DNA of 64,000 nucleotides from Azolla caroliniana (Eukaryota; Plantae; Polypodiophyta), in NCBI GenBank assembly GCA_043228905.1, contig JBHGNT010000012.1, forward strand, positions 13,888,001 through 13,952,000. The letters run 5' to 3'. This document shows, piece by piece, positions 38,703-49,790 of the stretch. Under the pieces are notes generated by a model. That model was given only the letters and a program-made list of their open reading frames with translations. It did not search any database and had not been told where the DNA came from. Both the position numbers and the translations under genes were made by a program. The first letter of the stretch is position 1. Every line of letters begins with the position of its first letter.

Positions 38703-41700
38703 AAGATGTCGCGTTATTACGCGCGTGCGTGGAGAAAGGCGGGACCATGGGGGTCTTGGACTAGGGAGTGACGGAGCGTAGGAAGTCGTACTTCACCGTT
38801 TCCGGGACATCCCAGAAGCACACCGGAAGCAACCGAAGGGAGAGAGAGAGAGAGAGAGCACTTAACACCGACTCACGCACACACACGCACACACACACAC
38901 ATGCCGACCCGACTCACGCCCTTATGTACAGGAAACGCAGGAAAGGGCAAGCACCCGACACCAACAAAGACACGAATATACACAGACAGACGCAAAAGTA
39001 TATATATAAAAGGAAGAATACATTCCCGGCGTCGAGCCGGACCAAGGTAGGTTACAACAATCACCTACTGTCAAGCCGCCGTCAAGGAGCTCTCGGCTCG
39101 TCGCGCCGAGCGGGGTCTTGCACAGGAGGCCGAACCAAAGCAAACCCTAAGCAAAACACGAAGTGGGAAGAAGAAGAAGAAGAAGAAGAAGAAGAACCCT
39201 AAATCTAACAGTATACCCTCTAACGCAAAATGGGCAACCCCTTCACAAAGGGTGCTCCCTTCCTTTTATAGAACAAGGAGAGGGATGCGTTACAATGTGG
39301 GATAAATCCCGACTTACATGGGATCGTCTGTCCCGACTTGACTACTCTTTGGCACCATAAAGGCGCCCTCGTTATTCACACTAAATGTACATGGGTGCGT
39401 ACTCATGCTGCACCCCGCCGATGTAGCCAATGTTTCCTGGTTTCCACCTCTGGCCGAAATTCTTCACGACAACGTGCTTAACATCCCAATGATCACAAAG
39501 AACCTGGTGTCGGTAAGTCAGATCGTCGACCAGGGGATGCAAGTTCTGTTTACGCACCTCGGGTGCTTCATTGAGGAAGAGGTCCCGATCATCGCGCAAG
39601 GGCGTCGGGATAGGAGGATGTTTATCCTTGACACCACCGACGTAGGCACCGCTCTGTTCTCAAAAGGACAAAAGGTCGAAATGGTAATCGACATGTGGCA
39701 CAAGCGGATCGGCCACGTCAACTATCAGAGGCTTTAATTGAAACAAGTTGTTTTCAGATTGTCGAAATTCAGAGGCTGGAAGGCCCAAATATGTGAAGCA
39801 TGCGAGCTCGTGAAGCAACACCGCCTTATGTTCCCCACCGAAAGAAACCGGAGCCGTAACAAGTTGTATCTAATACATTTGGATGTATGGGGACCGACAC
39901 ACAATGTTAGTGTTGGCGCGAGCCGATATTTAATCTCCTTCATCGACGACTATAGCCGGCACACATGGATCTACCTAATCGAAAGGAAAAGTGAAGTTTT
40001 CTACTGTTTCCGGAACCTGCAAAGTCTTGTCAAACGGGAAATGGAGAGTAAGGTCAAGTGCATGTCTTCGGATGGCATAAAGAATATTTTTCTAGCCAAT
40101 TCAATAGTTATCTGCAACAGAAAGGATTTCGGAGGGAATTCAGCTGCCAATACACACCGGAACAAAATGGTGTGGATGAAAGGAAGAACTGGTCAATTGT
40201 GGAGGCGGCACAGGAAATGCTGGAAGAAAAGAGCATGCCCAAATTCTACTGGGCCGAAGCGGTCCGGACGACCATCTACATCCAAAACCGGATCGGGGGT
40301 AAGGTGTCAACACACGAGCTATATTTCGGGCAGAAGCCGAATTTAAGGCACCTTAGGATATTCGGTAGCATAGCCTATGTGCATGTGCCAGATGAGAAGC
40401 GGAGAAAGCTGGATTCGAAGTCGGAGAAGTGCATCCTTGTCGGCTACTCACATGAGCAAAAGGGTTATAAGTGCTATATCCCCCGAACAAAACAAGTTCG
40501 AGTGAGCCGAGATGTCAAATTTGATGAGTCGACATCATGATACTCTCTATCGACTCCGATGTCCAATTCCGACCCGATTCCGGAGGATGAGGCTAGTGAG
40601 CCCGAAACAATCCAAGCAGAAGATGAAGAAGGATTCGGTACTCTATATGAGAGTCTGATCTCATTCTGGCTAAGTGAGCTGAATGAGCGACTGAGTCGGA
40701 ATGACCAGTCATATGAAGAGTCGGCGAGTAGTGGTGACTCGACCTTGTTCTCCTCGCGCAAGGAACCGAGGAGACAGTTCACGCACAAAAAGAAGGGGAA
40801 GAAGAAGATGTCGGAGTATGCCACCGGCAGAGACAAGTCAGACTAGAGCGAGTTCGACTCTAGACAAAGCAGAGATGGACCTTTGGAAGAGAATTTCGAG
40901 TCGGCCAAGAAGGCCATGAAATCGGCGAATCAAAAATTGTGCCGATCCACCCGCCAGAAAAACCCCGCGAAGAGGTACGGATATAACAAATATATGGCGC
41001 ATCATTATGCGTACATGGCGAAGGTGGCAACCGAGCATGAGCCGAATTGGCTGAAGGCTAAGGACCCGAAAGCGGCTAAGGACCCGAATTGGCTGAAGGC
41101 CATGGAGGAAGAGATGCACGCTCTCACGGAGAATGAGACGTGGGACTTGGTGGACGTACTAAAAGGAGTGAAGCCCATCGGTTTCCGGTGGGTATACAAG
41201 GTTACATACAACACCGACAATTCCATCAATAGGTACAAGGCCCAGTTAGTGGCCATAGGCTACCCACATCAACATGGCATCGACTACGATGAGACGTTCC
41301 CACCGGTCGCAAAGATGACGACCGTCCCTGTCCTGCTTGTGGGGCCAGTGGCGAAGGGGTGGCATCTACATCAAATGGATGTAAAGAACATGTTCCTGCA
41401 AGGTGATCTTCAAGAGCAGGTGTATATGGTTTAGGCCCCCGGATTTCAGTTTGGAGTGAATACATCGGCGATGTGCCGATTGAAGAAACCGCTCTACGGA
41501 CTCAAGCAAGCCCCCGCGCCTAGAACGCGAAGATCACGAAGAGCCTATGTCAGATGGTGTTTGCTCCGTCGAAATTAGACTCTTCACTCTATCAGCCAAG
41601 GTCCCCCCCCCCCCCCCATGAGCAACCACTATCTTCTCCTGACTCACTACGTCAGATGGTTGCCTAACAAGATCATCATGAAATAATAATTTCTTCCCTT

Positions 41701-42089
41701 TCTGTGTATACGTGAGAGGGGTGACTTTGGAGGTTTCGATCAGAGAGCTTTGGTATTTTAGTTGAATGATCTTCACGGGGCGCTCATCCTTGGGGTCCAT
41801 AGACCTAATGGCACAACAAATTTGAAAGACTTAGGAAATGGGCACTAAGAGTTCTATAAAGAGTCAAATAGGTTTGTTTTCCACCTAAAACCGGTCATTT
41901 CGCTAAAAAGTTCTTTGCTTCATACCTAAACCCCAAACCTAAAAAACATTGATTTATTTTCCAAATCCAGTATTATAGGTCAATGTTGCGTTGCTACAGT
42001 GGTCCTTTATTGTTGTTGCGCTACGGTGGTGGTCGATTGATCTTTGGTCTTTGGAGGTCACTCACTTGCTCGCTCATGTTCTCTCACGT

Positions 42090-42909
42090 TGTCGCGAAAA
42101 TACGACGAGGATACGTGAACTTGAGGCAGGACCCCGGCGCCTCCGATGAGAGGATATCAGATTCGTGCGTTTATACTTTAAAGAATTAACAAAAATCAAA
42201 AAGTTTGACAAATTTCATTATGAAAGGAAAAAAAAATTACAATCTATCCCAAGATTGGGATTGCAAAAGTTTTAGCTTACAAAGGTTAATAGATTAAGCT
42301 TTACGAAATATAGCTTAGATAATAATAAAAATTAAGGATTATCAAGAGATAGATTAGATAAGGAAAATTAGGGTTCTTGAGTGTTATCACTTTGATAAGG
42401 AAATTAGGGTTTATGGCTTCGATAAGAAAATTAGGGTCCTTGAGTGTTATCGCTTTCATAAGGAAATTAGGGTTTATGGCTTCGATAGGAAAATTAGGGT
42501 TCTTGAGTGTTATGGCTTCAATAAGATAAGGGAGCAGAGAACAAAAAAGAAAATGAAGAAAAGAAGAGAGTGGAATATATATGGGTTTCTTTGTTGATCA
42601 TGCCCTTGGTGTTCCTTTCCATCCCCACTTTTTGTTGGATGGCCTCTACTTTTAGTTGGATGCAACGTCTTTATATTCGGCCATATGATCAATCATCCAT
42701 AAAGTTCGGTCCGTGCGTAATCCGTACATGCGTCGCGACCGAACATGCGTGTGCGCGCGTCCACCGAACCGTGTGTCCCTTGACTCTAGGATTCATTTGA
42801 GTCTAAGGATCCTTGCAGTCCAAGACCTATCATCCACACCCTTTCAACCCTTGTGACAAGACCCCAGTGGTTCCTCTCGAGTAGCACAAGCACACGCATT
42901 ATCACAACA
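42090..42909. mobile_element. Composite LTR-derived insertion flanked by ACGT/ACGT
   Basis: 42090 to about 42700 is the reverse complement of the 3' half of LTR 47351-48712. The right end CAAGACCCCAGTGGTTCC...CACAACA resembles the U5 end of LTR 60293-60955. ACGT occurs at 42086-42089 and 42910-42913. Confidence 0.65.
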
Positions 42910-43789
42910 ACGTCATGGGTTGCATTGCTATGGCATAAAGACATGATTTGAATAATGAGAATCCAACAAATTGAAAGAATATTCGCGTATGAAGAGTTAA
43001 ATTGACCATTTAAGGTAGCGAAATTCCTTGTGGCATAAGTAGCGACCTGCATGAATGGTGTAATGACTACCCCACTATCTCCAACATGGACTCAGTGAAA
43101 TTGAATTCTTTGTGAAGATGCGTAGTACTAACGGCTAGACAGTAAGACCCCATGCAAACAAAACAAACAAAAAACTAGCACCTTTGAAAACAAAAGTGGT
43201 AGGGCTCTCATTAAAATTAAAGAAAATTTTGATAGAAAGCATTAGATTTGTCCCAAGAAAATAAAAAGAGCATGGTTTCATATTAGTTTGTGGCACCAAC
43301 CTAGATAACTAATACAATTCCATGTGGAAGCTTTCTAAGCATTGGTATGGTCCATATGTGCTGCTAAAGGTTATTCATAATGTAACAAACCATTTGGCCG
43401 AGTTTGATGACACCCTTGTTAATGAGTAGGATGAAATTGAGGATGAACTCCATTCTAGAACTGAAAAAGATGAAAGCTAGATGTGTATCATGAACCCAAG
43501 ATGCTAGCACATATAAGAGGATGTGTACGGTTGGTAAGGGTGGACATCGTGTTGCGTTTTCCACGTGCAGTGATCATTGGTGATATAGATTATTTTTATT
43601 GTGTCAAAAGGATATGCGAGGAGAATAAGTTTTTGTAGGAGAAGGGAAACAAGAAAATCTAAGGATGTCCCACAAATCAAAATCCTTTCTGGGCAAAAAT
43701 TTGTTTATTTTTCTATGAGCAACTAACAAACATTTGTCCTTGAGGTATTCATTGAACTGGTCATGACTATTGAATCAAACATGCATACC

Positions 43790-46213
43790 TTGCTCCAATA
43801 TTTATTTGAATAACACTTGTTCTTGTGCAATACAGGGAACATACAAGATGTTCATGTTTTTGATGCCTTGCTTAAGTTGTCACTGAACATTGTCGCTAAT
43901 GTAATGTGTGGGTGTAATGTTCACCACGTAAGTTATCAAACCATTATCCTTATTATTTAAGTTGTTAGGTTTTGTCACTTAAGCTATTTTCAATTGTTGG
44001 TTTCGTCTTCATTTCCTCTCAACTCATTCTAGTTCCTCCTTCCATCATAAACTTAACCTATTGTAAAACTTGGGTTTTAAGAGTTTTTCTCCCTTTGCAC
44101 ACACCACAACATGACATCTCTAATATGGTGAAATGGGCATTTGGTATCATTTACCATCTCCATGTAGCTAGGCCTCTTCAAATTTTTGTAAGTCATCGAA
44201 CCACTCAATGTTGTATTATCTTATGGTTGGATGTGTTTGATTGTGAACAACATTTTGTCCACCTTGCTAGTCCTACTTGACATTGAGTTTTCCTTGTGGT
44301 TTATGAAACATTTTGTCATAGGCATCCTAGTATGATTTGGCAATGTGGTTGTTGAGTTGTCAGTTGTTGCTATCATCACTCTTTTTCTTCCAATAATCCA
44401 CCTTGATATGGTGGCGATTGTTATGTTACTAAAATTACAAATTGCTTTAAAATTTTGCTTCAAACTCCCCTTATGGAATTGTCCCTTATGCTTTGTGCTT
44501 AGTTTTATGTTTGGGATTGTTATGTTACTTACGTTACAACTTTGTATGGAAATTTGCTCCAAACTCCCCTTAGGAAATTGTGTCTTTTTCTTTTGCTTAG
44601 TTTCGAGGCAAGATTAGAAGTTTGCAATCATGCAATAATTTGTCGTTTTTCGACTATTTCTCATATTCATCCATCTGATTCTCATCCAACAATGCAATGC
44701 ATAATGATCTTCCTCGATGCTGCCACACTATTTCTCTTAGTTTCATATTTGGGCATGCTAATACTAATCCATAATCCCTCGTACACCATGCAGATATTGC
44801 ATTGGAATTTGGAACTACCGTAGTGCGTACAAGGATGGTTGACACATATTCTTATCATGGCAATTGCTAAAGCCATTTAAGTTATTATGTCACAACCTTG
44901 GGCATTGTTAACTGGGAGAAGTTTGTCACTCTTTAAGTGGGTTTGTCAAGGGAACAAAGTTTTACCTTCTATGTGTAAGGTTGTGTTTCACTACCTTTGG
45001 AGTGAGGGCTTATGGCACAATTCCAATAGGAGAATTAGGTTGTTGTTTGATGGTATCTATGGAATTACACGATAGGTAAGTACTATAAATGAAATTTTAA
45101 TTTGTAGGTCCTTGCATTTAAGATAACGAAAGAAAAATAAGAGTGAAAATGATTAATTAATGGAATGTTTTGAATTTTTTATGTTGTAGGTTATAAAGGA
45201 ATCAATCCAATTTGCAAATATACCCATGTTATGGTTCTATCAAAAGCACTTATCCCCAAGTAGACAAAGAGAGAGACAGAGAGTTTCCACAACATGTTGT
45301 TTGGTACTATATCAAAAGCATTTATGCCCACAACATACAAAGAGTAGTTTATCTTTTAAATACAAATAAGAAAAGTATTGATTCAAAACATAACCAACAA
45401 TAAGAAAGTATAACTAAATATGACATGATATTTACACACGTGTTTAATTATTGGCTAAATAGTGATGGGATCATGATACAAGAACATAATAATAATAACT
45501 ACATAGATAATGTTAAAATAGATAAATATATTACGATGGCATACATATGCATGATAAGTTATAACCAATAGACTATAATTAAAAAAATGAGACATTGCTT
45601 TACTTCACATGTAGCCTCTTAAACAACCTTTGATAGGTACCCCCATCACAAGGAATTTATATTACACTCTATGGTCAACATTGAAAAGAAAAGGTGTTTA
45701 ATATATGGAAATGGAGATGTAACGGATGGGTTGAGATGTTACTTGATGACCAATTCATGATAGAGGTTAGGGATTCACAAGAGACCTTGAAAAAGAAGAA
45801 GCAGATATAGAGCAAGGGGGTAGAAAAATTGCCATAATATGGAAAGAACCCACACAGAACCTAATGGGGCTTTAGTAGATAAACATGTTTACGATTGAGG
45901 GCGAGGCCTCATCTATCACGATTTGTATCCGAATCCGAATCCAACATAGTCATCAAGTTGACTTATGAGTGAGGGTGTGTGTATTTGCATTCCCAGTTGA
46001 GATGGCACACGGGGATCGACGCGTGTATAATTTCCTATCCGCGAATCATGTCTGAATTTGTTGTCATAGGCATGATGAAACTGATCGATGAGAGAGGAAG
46101 AGGGTGTGGATTCTGCCATTGAAGATTATCGTATCGTTGACTATACTTCAGTTGTGTATGTTACGTGTGTGAAGGGAAGTCATACTGTGGGCACATGAGC
46201 ACTCTACGTGTAG

Positions 46214-46275
<62 letters not shown>

Positions 46276-46420
46276 ACGCAAAAAGCAGCCCTCAAGAAAA
46301 AGCAAAAAGCAGCTGACCAAGAAAAAGCAAAGAGCACCCCATAAGAAAAAGCAAAAAGCAGCAGCAAAAAAAAAACGTGAGGTTTTTGCCAACGTTGACG
46401 TGTCGGCATTGGGCTGGGTT
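43790..46420. repeat. Unclassified ~2.6-kb interspersed repeat, copy 1
   Basis: Direct repeat of 49791-51890, starting TTGCTCCAATATTTATTTGAA and ending CGTTGACGTGTCGG..TTGGGCTG. Confidence 0.85.
46218..46270. repeat. (AG)n microsatellite, much longer than in copy 2 (about 51670-51685)
   Basis: Directly visible in the sequence. Confidence 0.95.
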
Positions 46421-46506
46421 AGTATTACACATTTGAAATTTTCCATTCTAGTTTATTACATATTTAACGACTAAGTATGAGTTACTTCTATTGTTGTTTC
46501 ACATAG

Positions 46507-47150
46507 AAACCATGTCTCAACAAGAAGCCTAGAGAAGTCAAAGACATACATGATTTTCCAACTTCCTTTCTTGCCCATCTTGAAAGAGCACGAAAAGAAA
46601 TGGATCGGCTCTTAGTGAAGTCGTTCAATGTGGACAATGCTGGGACTTTCAAGAAGTTTAGCCACAAAAAAGATATCACCCGAGAACTGTATCATAATGT
46701 GTATTGCGGTGATGTGGCGGAGATGATCCAGAAGCTACGAAAGGAGTACAAGTTACTCATTGCAGATATTCCATATGGTTTCCATATGGCTGAATCTTCT
46801 TACGATGATGAACCATTTAGGTTCAAACAGTTGGAGAAAATGGTGAAGGATTTTGCAAAGTTGACCACAACTAGCTTGTGGAGAATAGTGGTCTTTCGTA
46901 ATATGGACCAAGGATATTCTGTGGCTCAAGCGTTGAGATCTCGTCGTCATGGTGTAGAGAACCTTGCTTGGTAAGGCTTATACAAAGAATAATTCGATTT
47001 TGGCTGCATTTCAAGTCTTGTCACTTTGTGTAACTAAAACATAACTCTTTCCTTTTGTCATTTATAGGATCAAAACCAACGTTAATTGAGGACCTACCTT
47101 TCGGTTTGTTAATGTTATTACATACATATCTATTGTTTATTATGATTAAA
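46507..47150 (+). pseudogene. Fragment of an intron-containing beta-class N4-cytosine/N6-adenine DNA methyltransferase-like gene
   Basis: Exon 46507-46970 is open and follows the acceptor TTTCACATAG. It reads VYCGDVAEMIQKLRKEYKLLIADIPYG..KQLEKMVKDFAKL..WRIVVF..VAQAL..ENLA. A GT..AG intron at 46971-47067 joins in frame to W-IKTNVN*GPTFRFVNVITYISIVYY. The SAM-binding motif I is missing because the gene is truncated. Confidence 0.68.
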
Positions 47151-47350
47151 TAAAGAAGCAAAGGATTAAGGAGCATTTGAACAAGGTCAAGGGTTCAAAT
47201 CTGCTAGTGTACCTAGGAGTTATGCGGAAATGGAGACATGTCACGACAACTAAATGTGGCAACATGAGCAACATGCAACTAGCAAAGAACTCCGTGTTCC
47301 ATGCTCAGATGAAGCACATAGAAGTGCATTACCACTTTGTGCACGAGCGG

Positions 47351-48712
47351 TGTCGTGTGAATCTTCTCACACTATGTAAAAAATAACAAAATAATTATTA
47401 TAGATTAGATTAGTAGCTTACTAGAGAAAGATGGATATACTCAAGAGCTTCAAAATGTATTTTACTATATACAAAATGGAGAAATACATATCAAGTTATG
47501 TGAAAATAAAGTTTGAGAAGATAGGGAAATTAGAACTATCCCACATAGATAGGAAAGTTAAGGCCCTGACTATATAAGCACCTTGAGCTCCCTCATTTTT
47601 CATTTGTGCTAATTGCACTTTGGACACTTTGTTTTGATGGATGATGGTGACCAAATTCCCTAAATCCGGAAACCAGTCAGTAAGCAAATCCGGAAAACGG
47701 GTCCGGTAAGCAAATCCGGAAACCGGCCGGTATCCAAACCGGAAACAGGCCGGTAAGCAAAACCGGAACCGGAAACCGGCTGGTAAGCAAAACCGGAACC
47801 GGAAACTGGCCGGTATGCAAAATCGGAACCGGAAACCGGCCGAGATGCAAAACCGGAACTGGAACCGGCAAGAAAAATTGGAACCGGAACCAGCAAGCAA
47901 AACTGGAACCAGTCGGTAAGCAAAACTGGAACCGGAATTGGAACCAGCTGGCAAGCAAAATGGAACCGGCTGGCGAGGGATTCGGCGATCGGGCGAAACC
48001 GGTGACCGTACGAGGTTGGACGCAAATCGAACGGATAAAAGGATCATGTGGCTATTTAAAGAAAGGTAAAAGAGACTAAAGTAAAGGTCAAGTGGACGGT
48101 CGCATGCAACTAAAGAAAAAGCCATGCAACTAAAAATAGATTCAACGAAAAGAAAAGCTATGCAACTAAAAGTAGAGGCCATGCAACAAAAAGTGGAGGC
48201 ATATGATCAACGAGGAACTCCATATATAATTCCATTTTTTTTCCTATACGGAGGGGACTCTCCATATTATCTCGATTATTTTTCTTTTCGTTCTCAACTC
48301 CCTTATCTTAGGGAAGCCATATCTCTCATAAACCCTAATTTCCTTACGGAATCCAAAAACCCTAATCTTCCCTACAGAAGCCATAACACTAAAAAATGCT
48401 ATCTCCCCTACGGAAGCCATAATACTCATATAACCATAATCTCTTATCAAAGCCAAGAACCCTAAATCTCTATGGAATCCATATCTTAGTTTCTTCTAAT
48501 CTATTATTCTAGCAATCTCCTTAAGATAAAACTTTTGTAATCTCAATCTTGAGATTGATTGTACTCTTTCTTTCCCTTTATTAATGAAATTTGTGAATCT
48601 TTATCATTTTGCATTAATTGTTTAATATAATCATATGAATCTAATATCTTCCAGTCAGAGGCCCCGGGGTCCTGCCTCAAAGTTCACGTATCCTCGTCGT
48701 ATTTTCGCGACA
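47351..48712 (+). mobile_element. Solo LTR (TGTCG...CGCGACA, 1362 bp) with a perfect 4-bp TSD GCGG, in the copia RNase H
   Basis: GCGG at 47347-47350 and 48713-48716. Excision restores HFVHERVLTGEVEL. TATTTAAA is near 48053. Confidence 0.92.
47663..47972. repeat. Degenerate ~30-bp tandem array (AAGCAAAACCGGAACCGGAAACCGGCCGGT) in the LTR U3
   Basis: About ten imperfect units rich in AACCGG. Confidence 0.85.
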
Positions 48713-48940
48713 GCGGGTCCTCACCGGTGAAGTCGAACTCCGGTATGTCAGGATGGATCGACAGGTTGCCAACATCTTCACCAAGGTTGGAACCGACAAG
48801 TTGCAGCATTTTTCAGAGATGCTTGGTTTTCAGCATCTCGACATGGCGCACTTGAGGAGGAGAACGGGTATTGATACGGCTAGAACTAGAAAGGAAACAA
48901 CCCAAACAGTGTCAGGAACAGTACTAAGATAGAGAAGTAT

Positions 48941-49516
48941 TGTTAGGAATAGTACTAAGATAGACAAGGAATTAGTACTAAAAGATGAGGATTAGTACTA
49001 AGGGAGGTGTAGAACTCTCAAGAGAAGGAAAGAGTGAGTGTGAGAGAGAGAGATTGAGAAAGAGAGAGAGAATGATGATAACAAAAGATATATATTATGT
49101 TAAGAGAATATACAATAGTAGCTAGGAGGCTTAAGACTAGCATTGAACTGATCTAGTTCGAAATAATGCACGACCCGACTCGGACCACTCTCCAATCGGC
49201 AACCAAATCAATGTTGCCAACACCCGATCAGTTGCACCAAGTCTGGCACGTACCCGATCTGAAACAGAGTCTGGTCTCCATCGGCATGTCAGCCGAAGAC
49301 GGGTATAACACTCTGTACATACAATGTGCTCAGTGAGCACTTTTATACAAGGACTAAGAGAAGTACTTCAATGCTCGTACAAGCGACTACTGACACTGGC
49401 TCCTAGAAATATGCCTACGTACTAGGCTAGTATCATAAACCATATCTGATTCGTTCCACCTCTTGTCTGAATTGGCTGTCTCCAACTCGGCTTCAATCTT
49501 CAGGCCCTTCATAACA
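48941..49516 (-). mobile_element. LTR-like remnant related, in inverted orientation, to copia LTR 26981-27438
   Basis: 49305-49432 is the reverse complement of 27148-27290 (CTAGCCTAGTACGTAGGCATATTT..GAGCATTGAAGTACTT..TGTACAGAGTG). Boundaries are tentative and no TSD was found. Confidence 0.55.
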
Positions 49517-49790
49517 TTAGATGATGTCTAGGTCCTAGCCGCCATCGCCACTTATTCCGACTTGTGCCAACTTTCTTGTCTCCCCTTGTTTGTCAAGGTA
49601 TGGCAAGACTCGAACCCATGACCTTATGTTACATGGGTCGAGCTTTTGACCATTAGACTATATGTTGTAATACGAAGGATATTATTTTAATTTAAGTTTT
49701 ACTATAGAAAATTGATGTATATTCCAGATTTCTCGAGAACATTCTAGAAACTTTAGGAGTACTCCTGAGGACACTATAAAAGGAGGCACA

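Larger units (their letters stand above)
29619..39471 (-). mobile_element. Non-autonomous gag-only LTR retrotransposon (TR-GAG-like) with tRNA-Trp PBS and 4-bp TSD ACGT/ACAT; 3' LTR split by a LINE
   Basis: The 5' LTR is 39471-38707. The 3' LTR is 35084-29619, with a LINE in its (GAA)n tract. The PBS is at 38702-38687 and PPT AGGTGGGGGCGGA at 35097-35085. There is a single gag-like ORF and no pol motifs. Excision restores the host frame MNVLNIPMITKNLVSV. Confidence 0.9.
26981..48865 (+). mobile_element. Ty1/copia element fragmented by several nested insertions (5' LTR 26981-27438, Met-i PBS, gag, PR, IN, RT, RNase H)
   Basis: TGTTGAG...TTTTACA is followed by PBS TGGTATCAGAGC at 27439-27450. 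gag KLQLRQELHSIQQ, protease VDSGASNHMT (about 29445), integrase MWHKRIGHV..IHLDVWGP..EQNGVDERKN, RT 40883-41600, RNase H MKHIEVHYHFVHER|VLTGEVELRYV..ANIFTK ending about 48800, then a PPT-like GAGGAGGAGAA. No matching 3' LTR was found. Confidence 0.85.

Noticed and set aside
41534-41800. 88-aa minus-strand ORF as a homolog of the ParB-gene N-terminus
   Set aside because: The similarity is too weak to support by eye, and the ORF runs into a poly-C tract and copia sequence.
43360-43780. Possible Myb/SANT-like remnant (NPFWAKICLFFYEQL)
   Set aside because: It is a single short motif amid many stops and cannot be supported.
46507-47150. Bacterial contamination as the source of the MTase and ParB sequences
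   Set aside because: The MTase has a spliceosomal intron, and both genes are decayed and interleaved with plant retroelements.
47496-48182. 228-aa (FRFRFC)n ORF
   Set aside because: It is the antisense translation of an LTR tandem array and has no domain features.
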